Of a stretch of DNA of 64,000 nucleotides, positions 57,430 to 64,000 are shown one piece after another. The position numbers were made by a program, and so were the translations under genes. The notes below the pieces were generated by a model. The model was given only the letters and a program-made list of their open reading frames with translations. It did no database searches and was not told where the DNA came from. Position 1 is the first letter of the stretch. Each line of letters opens with the position of its first letter. Source of the DNA: Candidatus Kapaibacteriota bacterium (GTDB taxonomy: Bacteria; Bacteroidota; Ignavibacteria; Kapaibacteriales; UBA961); the NCBI GenBank assembly GCA_049426725.1, contig JBMSYN010000004.1, positions 64,014-128,013 of the forward strand, given 5' to 3'.

Positions 57430-58659
57430 TCATAAGGTGATAGAGATTCCGTAGAGCAAATCAAGTTTTTGTGAATCAAACCAATTGCCTTGGAATTGAA
57501 AGCGAGAATATGATTGTTCAATGCCGAGTTGCAATCCGATATTTGATGATAATGGGTAAGAGATACCTAATCCAAAACGACCAAGCAAGCCAATCTCGGT
57601 TCCGCCTGCAACTGCTTGAGCATAGAAACGGGAATTACCAAGATAGGAAAGTGGTGATGTTCTACCTTGCATGAACAAACCACCTGTCAGCATTGGAGCA
57701 TATTGATTGAATGTATATGTTCTGTCTTCTTTCATTCCATGATAATTCAATACAAATGGCTCACGACCTGCTTCCAATCCAACAGCAACATGTTCGCCCA
57801 ATGACCAAGCAAAGGTAAGGCGTGTATTGTCCAAAATCCCTAATTGCTCCCGAATACCGGTAAATTCCGGCGATTGCAATGTTGAGATATTTCTGAATTG
57901 CATCCAGAATTGAGGATAATTGCTTTGGACATTATCAGACAAAACAATTCCACCGATTGATTCTATTGGTTTTGTTTCGGAATTTGTTTCGACGATTGAT
58001 GTTTGATTGTCTTGATCAATCAATTTTCCAATATGTTCTTCAGTTTTTACCTGATTGGAAATATTGTTGTCATTCTTCTCATCAATTACGCTTACTGTTT
58101 TGGTTTCTTGGTTTACAGAAATTGGTGGCAAGGTTATGAGTGGAGTTACACTTGCGGTATTAAGCACTCTGTCCTTGTAAATCACTCGCACAGGTGCGGT
58201 TTGCTGCAAAATGATTTCCGGCACTTCTGGTGAAACGCCAATTGTTCTCAATGGCGCGATGCCATCTTTTGTGGAATGATTGCGCATCATGTTTATAAGT
58301 TCGTCACGCTCATTGCCATCAAATCGATTGCCTATCCCATAACCACCGGCTAAACCAAGAGCAAGGAATGTCAATGGAAGCAATGCCTTTTTCCAATTTG
58401 ATGTTTGTTGATTTGTTTGCGCAGTCATTCCCAATCGAGAAAACACTTCATCTTTTGCATTAATCGGAGGCGTAAATGCTTCCATATCATGAGGAATCAC
58501 ATTGCGCATGGTGACAAGTTCACGCATGGTTGCACGTGAATCTTCTTCATTTGTTGCCAATGATTGAAACATTGCATCTTCTTGATCTATTGGCAATTCG
58601 CCATCGAGATAAGAAATCAATTGTTCATCAATGTGTTCAGGTTTTGGATTCTGATTCAT
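57430..58659 (-). CDS. Anti-sigma factor-like membrane protein with a C-terminal beta-barrel-like domain
   Basis: N-terminal anti-sigma signature LISYLDGELPIDQED. A single TM helix is present (ALLPLTFLALGLAGGYGIG). The C-terminal 150 aa have alternating amphipathic strands ending ..LDLLYGISITL. The gene lies immediately downstream of the ECF sigma gene. Confidence 0.6.
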   Translation of the reverse strand: MNQNPKPEHIDEQLISYLDGELPIDQEDAMFQSLATNEEDSRATMRELVTMRNVIPHDMEAFTPPINAKDEVFSRLGMTAQTNQQTSNWKKALLPLTFLALGLAGGYGIGNRFDGNERDELINMMRNHSTKDGIAPLRTIGVSPEVPEIILQQTAPVRVIYKDRVLNTASVTPLITLPPISVNQETKTVSVIDEKNDNNISNQVKTEEHIGKLIDQDNQTSIVETNSETKPIESIGGIVLSDNVQSNYPQFWMQFRNISTLQSPEFTGIREQLGILDNTRLTFAWSLGEHVAVGLEAGREPFVLNYHGMKEDRTYTFNQYAPMLTGGLFMQGRTSPLSYLGNSRFYAQAVAGGTEIGLLGRFGLGISYPLSSNIGLQLGIEQSYSRFQFQGNWFDSQKLDLLYGISITL

Positions 58660-58678
58660 ATCATTTCGATCATTGTGT

Positions 58679-59245
58679 TCAGTGTTGAGAGAGATCCGCA
58701 ACATAAGGTGCGAGAATCTCACGGATTTTTTGCTTTGCTCGGAAAATTCTGATTTTCACTGTTGAGAGAGAACACTCTGTTAAATCAGCAATTTCCTGAT
58801 AACTTAAACCTTCATATTCGCGAAGAACAAATGCTTCTTTATAATCGCCGGGCAATTGTTCCATGGCTTTTGTGATTAATCCCAATAATTCTTTCTTCTC
58901 ATGAGGCATGTCTGAATGTAGGGGAAGATGAAACTCCTCCAAACTGACATGTCCTTTTTGACCCCTCTGCATGTTCAAACAAAGATTTCGAGCTATTCTC
59001 AATAAGTATGCAGGAACATTTGTCATTTCTCTTTCCTGCTGGGCACTATTGAAAAACTTGACGAATGTATCCTGAAATGCATCCTGCGCTTTGTCATAAT
59101 CACCCAAAATTCTTCTGCAATAGGCAAAGATTCGAGGAGAATATCGAGCATATAACTCCGCAAATGCCTGCTCTGAAAGAGGTTTACCCAATCTGAGCAT
59201 GGCATAAAGATCTATGTCGGAATGTTGTGCAAGACTTTTCGTCAT
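58679..59245 (-). CDS. ECF-type RNA polymerase sigma-70 family factor
   Basis: Region 2 (AFAELYARYSPRIFAYCRRILGDYDKAQDAFQDTFVKF) and region 4 HTH (LSYQEIADLTECSLSTVKIRIFRAKQKI). The start is set at an internal ATG to give the canonical length of about 188 aa. The longest ORF would add about 54 aa. Confidence 0.8.
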   Translation of the reverse strand: MTKSLAQHSDIDLYAMLRLGKPLSEQAFAELYARYSPRIFAYCRRILGDYDKAQDAFQDTFVKFFNSAQQEREMTNVPAYLLRIARNLCLNMQRGQKGHVSLEEFHLPLHSDMPHEKKELLGLITKAMEQLPGDYKEAFVLREYEGLSYQEIADLTECSLSTVKIRIFRAKQKIREILAPYVADLSQH

Positions 59246-59416
59246 ACGCGATAAATAACAGTGATATGCAAATTTAGTTACATTTAATGGCATGAGAACA
59301 CTGCATTGCTCCAAGTAGGTAATTAAGGAATGCTTATCACCTTTTCCGAAATGGCTCAGCTTTGCTATTTTTGATGAATCAAGAAGAAGGGTTGTTTCAC
59401 ACATCACAGTTGATTC

Positions 59417-60163
59417 ATGGATTTTTTACAGATATTTCTCACTCCTGAGGGCTTGTTTAGTTTACTCACGCTTTCCATGCTGGAAATAGCATTGGGGATC
59501 GACAATGTCATCTTTGTTTCGATAATTATTGGGAAATTACCCAAAGAACGCCATGTTCTTGCCAGAAGAATATGGATTGGCGGTGCATTGATTCTGCGTT
59601 TTTGTCTATTGATGAGCATTTCTTATTTGGCGGGGCTCATTTATCCCATTTTTTCTTTGATGGGACATGATTTCAGCGGTAGAGATCTAATCATGATGTT
59701 TGGTGGGTTATTTCTGCTTGCCAAAAGCACTTTGGAGATTCATTCAAAATTGGAAGGAATGGAGCATGGTCAATCAGCAAACCAAAAAGCAGGTGCGGGC
59801 GTATTCGGTTTGGTGATTGGGCAAGTATTGCTCATAGATTTGGTGTTTTCTCTTGATTCTGTCATCACGGCCATTGGCCTTGCCAATCATATTCCCATCA
59901 TGGTTGCCGCGATTGTGATTGCCCTTGCAATCATGCTGCTTTCATCGACCGCGATCAGTGAATTTGTTGATAGACATCCCACGCTGAAGATGCTTGCTTT
60001 GTCTTTTTTATTGATGGTGGGGTTAACATTATTCGTTGAGGGATTCGGTGTGCATGTTCCCAAAGGATATATTTACACCGCTATGGCTTTCTCATTATTG
60101 GTGGAAACATTGAATATTCGTTTAAGAAAAAAGACTCAAACACCACCCGTTCATTTACGGTGA
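59417..60163 (+). CDS. TerC-family integral membrane protein
   Basis: GIDNVIFVSIIIGKLP signature and multiple TM helices. Confidence 0.85.
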   Translation: MDFLQIFLTPEGLFSLLTLSMLEIALGIDNVIFVSIIIGKLPKERHVLARRIWIGGALILRFCLLMSISYLAGLIYPIFSLMGHDFSGRDLIMMFGGLFLLAKSTLEIHSKLEGMEHGQSANQKAGAGVFGLVIGQVLLIDLVFSLDSVITAIGLANHIPIMVAAIVIALAIMLLSSTAISEFVDRHPTLKMLALSFLLMVGLTLFVEGFGVHVPKGYIYTAMAFSLLVETLNIRLRKKTQTPPVHLR

Positions 60164-60166
60164 TGC

Positions 60167-61336
60167 ATGCCAGGTAAATCTCATTTTCATGCAGATAGAA
60201 TAGCCAATGTTGGCATGACCATCTTTTCCGAGATGACTCGTCTTGCACAAGAGCACAATGCAGTGAACCTTGGGCAAGGCTTCCCGGATTTTGATGGTCC
60301 GCAGGAAATCAAGAGACTTGCCATGGAAGCCATAGCTTCGGGGAAGAATCAGTATGCCCCAATGATTGGTTTACCCGCTTTGCGTCGAGCCATAGCTAGA
60401 CATCAATCTCGCTTTTATGTGCATGAAGTCGATCCCGATTTGGAAGTGACAGTTACAACCGGTGCAACGGAAGGCTTGCTTTGCACATTACTTGCTTTCA
60501 TCAATCCCGGTGATGAAGTGATTGTCTTTGAGCCATGTTATGATTCATATGTTCCAGTCATTCGGATGGCCGGAGGCATTCCGGTGCCGGTCACTCTGCA
60601 TGAACCACTGTTCAAATTCAATCACCATGAATTGCGAGAAGCATTCACAGATAAAACAAAAGCAATCATCATCAATACACCTCATAATCCAACCGGGATG
60701 ATGTTCAATCAATTGGAATTGGGGTATATCTCTGATTTATGTCAAGAATTTGATGCACTAGCAATCTTGGATGAAGTATATGAACACATCGTGTTCAATC
60801 AATCGGGGCATGTTCAAATGCGATCATTGCCCGATATGAAACATCGCACAATTACGATTTCAAGTCTTGGAAAAACTTGTTCATTCACAGGTTGGAAAAT
60901 TGGATGGGTTATAGCTCCGGAAGAATTGACTTTGCATATAAGAAATGTGCATCAATACACTGTATTTTCAACGGCAACGCCATTTCAAGGAGCTGCCGCA
61001 GCTGCTTTGGATTTACCAGACTCCTTTTATTCCGGCTTGATTGAAATGTATCGAGAAAAAAGAGATTTTCTTGCACATGCACTTGCCGGTGCCGGACTCC
61101 ATCCCATCTTGCCTGATGGTGCCTATTTCATCATGGCGGACACCTCGGACTATCCATTCCCCAATATGCGTGCCTTTTCTTCGTGGTTGATTAAGGAGAT
61201 AGGTATTGCTTGCATCCCCAATGCAAGTTTTTACCTTCGACCCGAAAGAGCAGGGAATTATGTCAGATTCTGCTTTTGCAAGAATAATCAAACATTGGAA
61301 TTGGCGGCAGAGAGGCTCTCACTCATGCGCTCTTAA
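60167..61336 (+). CDS. Class I/II PLP-dependent aminotransferase (methionine/aromatic aminotransferase YbdL-like)
   Basis: NLGQGFPDFDGP near the N-terminus, a PLP-Lys region SSLGKTCSFTGWKIGW, and fold-type I length. Confidence 0.85.
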   Translation: MPGKSHFHADRIANVGMTIFSEMTRLAQEHNAVNLGQGFPDFDGPQEIKRLAMEAIASGKNQYAPMIGLPALRRAIARHQSRFYVHEVDPDLEVTVTTGATEGLLCTLLAFINPGDEVIVFEPCYDSYVPVIRMAGGIPVPVTLHEPLFKFNHHELREAFTDKTKAIIINTPHNPTGMMFNQLELGYISDLCQEFDALAILDEVYEHIVFNQSGHVQMRSLPDMKHRTITISSLGKTCSFTGWKIGWVIAPEELTLHIRNVHQYTVFSTATPFQGAAAAALDLPDSFYSGLIEMYREKRDFLAHALAGAGLHPILPDGAYFIMADTSDYPFPNMRAFSSWLIKEIGIACIPNASFYLRPERAGNYVRFCFCKNNQTLELAAERLSLMRS

Positions 61337-61494
61337 GCCCAACTCGAGTGGCTGTAAGGATGGCAATGTCTCGCTTGTCCACATATTGTATGGCATTTGC
61401 TCTTGCAAGTACAATCATTCACGCTTTTTCGATGGTATTTTTGTAATTTAGCAGCCATCGCATTTCATATCAATCAATCAACAGGTATAGAATC

Positions 61495-61821
61495 ATGTCT
61501 CAACCACTGCATATCACCGATGAAAACTTTGATGCAGAAGTTTTGAATTCCGATAAACCCGTTCTTGTGGACTTTTGGGCTACATGGTGCGGACCTTGCC
61601 GCATGATCGCTCCAATTATAGAAGATTTGGCGAAAGATTATGATGGTAAAGCAGTCATCGGAAAATTGGATGTCGACAATAATCAACAATCAGCAGAGAA
61701 GTTTGGCATTCGCTCAATTCCTACTATTCTGATTTTTAAAGGTGGTCAATTGGTTGACACAATCATTGGTGCAGTTGGCAAACCATATATCACCGAGCGC
61801 CTCGATGCGCACATGAATTAA
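61495..61821 (+). CDS. trxA: Thioredoxin
   Basis: WATWCGPCRMIAP active site. Length 108 aa. Confidence 0.92.
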   Translation: MSQPLHITDENFDAEVLNSDKPVLVDFWATWCGPCRMIAPIIEDLAKDYDGKAVIGKLDVDNNQQSAEKFGIRSIPTILIFKGGQLVDTIIGAVGKPYITERLDAHMN

Positions 61822-61837
61822 TTGGATTGCAGTAAGC

Positions 61838-62131
61838 ATGAGTAGGCCTGAACTTCTTTCGCAAGATGCTTTGCGACATCATTTGGTTCTCCTGCCAACT
61901 TGGGAATCCGATGGAAATACCATTCGCAAAACATTCATAGTGCAAAACTTTGTGTCTGCGATTGGTTTTGTAAATGCAATCGCCATACATGCTGAAACCA
62001 TGGATCATCATCCCGATATACGAATCTATGGATGGAATAAAGTTGATATTGCAATCAGCACGCATGATCAAGGTGGTTTAACTGAATTGGACATGGATTT
62101 GGCGAGTAAAATCGATGCAATCTCTCTGTGA
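61838..62131 (+). CDS. phhB: Pterin-4a-carbinolamine dehydratase
   Basis: PCD signature IHAETMDHHPDI and a typical length of about 97 aa. Confidence 0.85.
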   Translation: MSRPELLSQDALRHHLVLLPTWESDGNTIRKTFIVQNFVSAIGFVNAIAIHAETMDHHPDIRIYGWNKVDIAISTHDQGGLTELDMDLASKIDAISL

Positions 62132-62160
62132 ATTCATACCCTGACAGTGAAATCTTTTGG

Positions 62161-62197
62161 GCAACCCTTGCTTTGTCAAAGGTTGCTTTTTTTATCA
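62161..62197 (+). terminator. Rho-independent terminator after the trxA-phhB pair
   Basis: GCAACCCTTG..CAAAGGTTGC imperfect 9-10 bp stem followed by TTTTTTT. Confidence 0.6.
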
Positions 62198-62207
62198 TTT
62201 AACTTAG

Positions 62208-63494
<1,287 letters not shown>

Positions 63495-63533
63495 TCGGAT
63501 TGAATGATACACCACATTTGAAGCGAGATTGAT

Positions 63534-64000
63534 ATGAATATTGTCTTTGGAACCGATGGATGGCGCGGCATCATAGCTCGCGACTTCACCTATGACAATC
63601 TTTCCTTGGTTGCAACTGCAACCGCGAATTATATCACCCGAATCGGAGATAAAAATCCTTCCGCAGTTATCGGATATGATACGCGATTCATGTCCAGAGA
63701 ATTTGCAGAAGAAACTGCGCGTGTTTTTGCTTCGCATGGCATCACGGTACATTTGTCTCAGGATATATCATCCACTCCTCAGGTGTCTTTTCATACAAAA
63801 CAAAAAGGTTCCGTTCTTGGAATCGTAATCACTGCGAGTCATAATCCTCCAATCTATAGCGGATTCAAAGTGAAGGGTCGTTTTGGTGGTCCTGCATATC
63901 CAGAAGAAATTGCGGAGATTGAAAAGGAATTGGAAAAATTGGGTGGTAAAATTCCCAAAGCCCCCCAAAAAACGTTAGATGAATATATCCTCGAACGCAT
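63534..64000 (+). CDS. Alpha-D-phosphohexomutase family protein (phosphoglucosamine mutase GlmM-like or phosphomannomutase), 5' partial, continuing beyond the window
   Basis: MNIVFGTDGWRG and the active-site serine loop ITASHNPP. The frame is open to the window end and is absent from the ORF track because no stop falls in the window. Confidence 0.8.
   Translation, partial: MNIVFGTDGWRGIIARDFTYDNLSLVATATANYITRIGDKNPSAVIGYDTRFMSREFAEETARVFASHGITVHLSQDISSTPQVSFHTKQKGSVLGIVITASHNPPIYSGFKVKGRFGGPAYPEEIAEIEKELEKLGGKIPKAPQKTLDEYILER

Noticed and set aside
59246-59407. 54-aa N-terminal extension of the ECF sigma factor in the longest ORF
   Set aside because: ECF sigma factors start just before region 2. 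The extension has no conserved character, and an internal ATG gives the canonical length of about 188 aa. A TGAAAC motif in this stretch might be part of an autoregulated ECF promoter, but no matching -10 element was found.

Overview
This 64 kb window is a chromosomal segment from a low-GC Gram-negative bacterium that uses type IX secretion. Two large proteins end in the typical T9SS C-terminal sorting domain, and the window also holds a TonB-dependent receptor with a carboxypeptidase-regulatory-like N-terminus and an ECF sigma/anti-sigma pair. It is densely packed with about 60 genes, most of them core housekeeping: rpsA-like, uvrD, purN, kdsD, cdsA, ftsI-type PBP, xerD, guaB, miaB, dnaB, queF-queD, gltX, lepB, cdaA, pcm, dapA, groES-groEL with a perfect CIRCE operator, gcvT, trxA and eno. 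No tRNA or rRNA genes, CRISPR arrays, transposases or prophage genes were found. Several rho-independent terminators, some bidirectional, can be read directly from the sequence. The less ordinary content is: (1) a roughly 1,590-aa T9SS cargo protein with no recognisable catalytic domain; (2) an ECF-sigma / anti-sigma / lipoprotein / T9SS-cargo operon in which the anti-sigma factor carries a beta-barrel-like C-terminus; (3) two convergent operons of poorly characterised genes beside cdsA, one bPH membrane protein - DUF1446/AtuA-like - GT2, the other a 3-hydroxyacyl-CoA-dehydrogenase-like protein with degenerate cofactor and catalytic motifs - Cys-rich HAD-IB phosphatase - 418-aa orphan; (4) a SufU - DUF59 - FNR/2Fe-2S reductase triad; (5) an orphan sigma-54 activator flanked by two lipoproteins with a G8 homopolymer at its 5' end; (6) a RodZ-like protein with a long Lys/Ser/Thr-rich repetitive tail. 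All functional calls rest on motifs read by eye from the translations; no database search was run.
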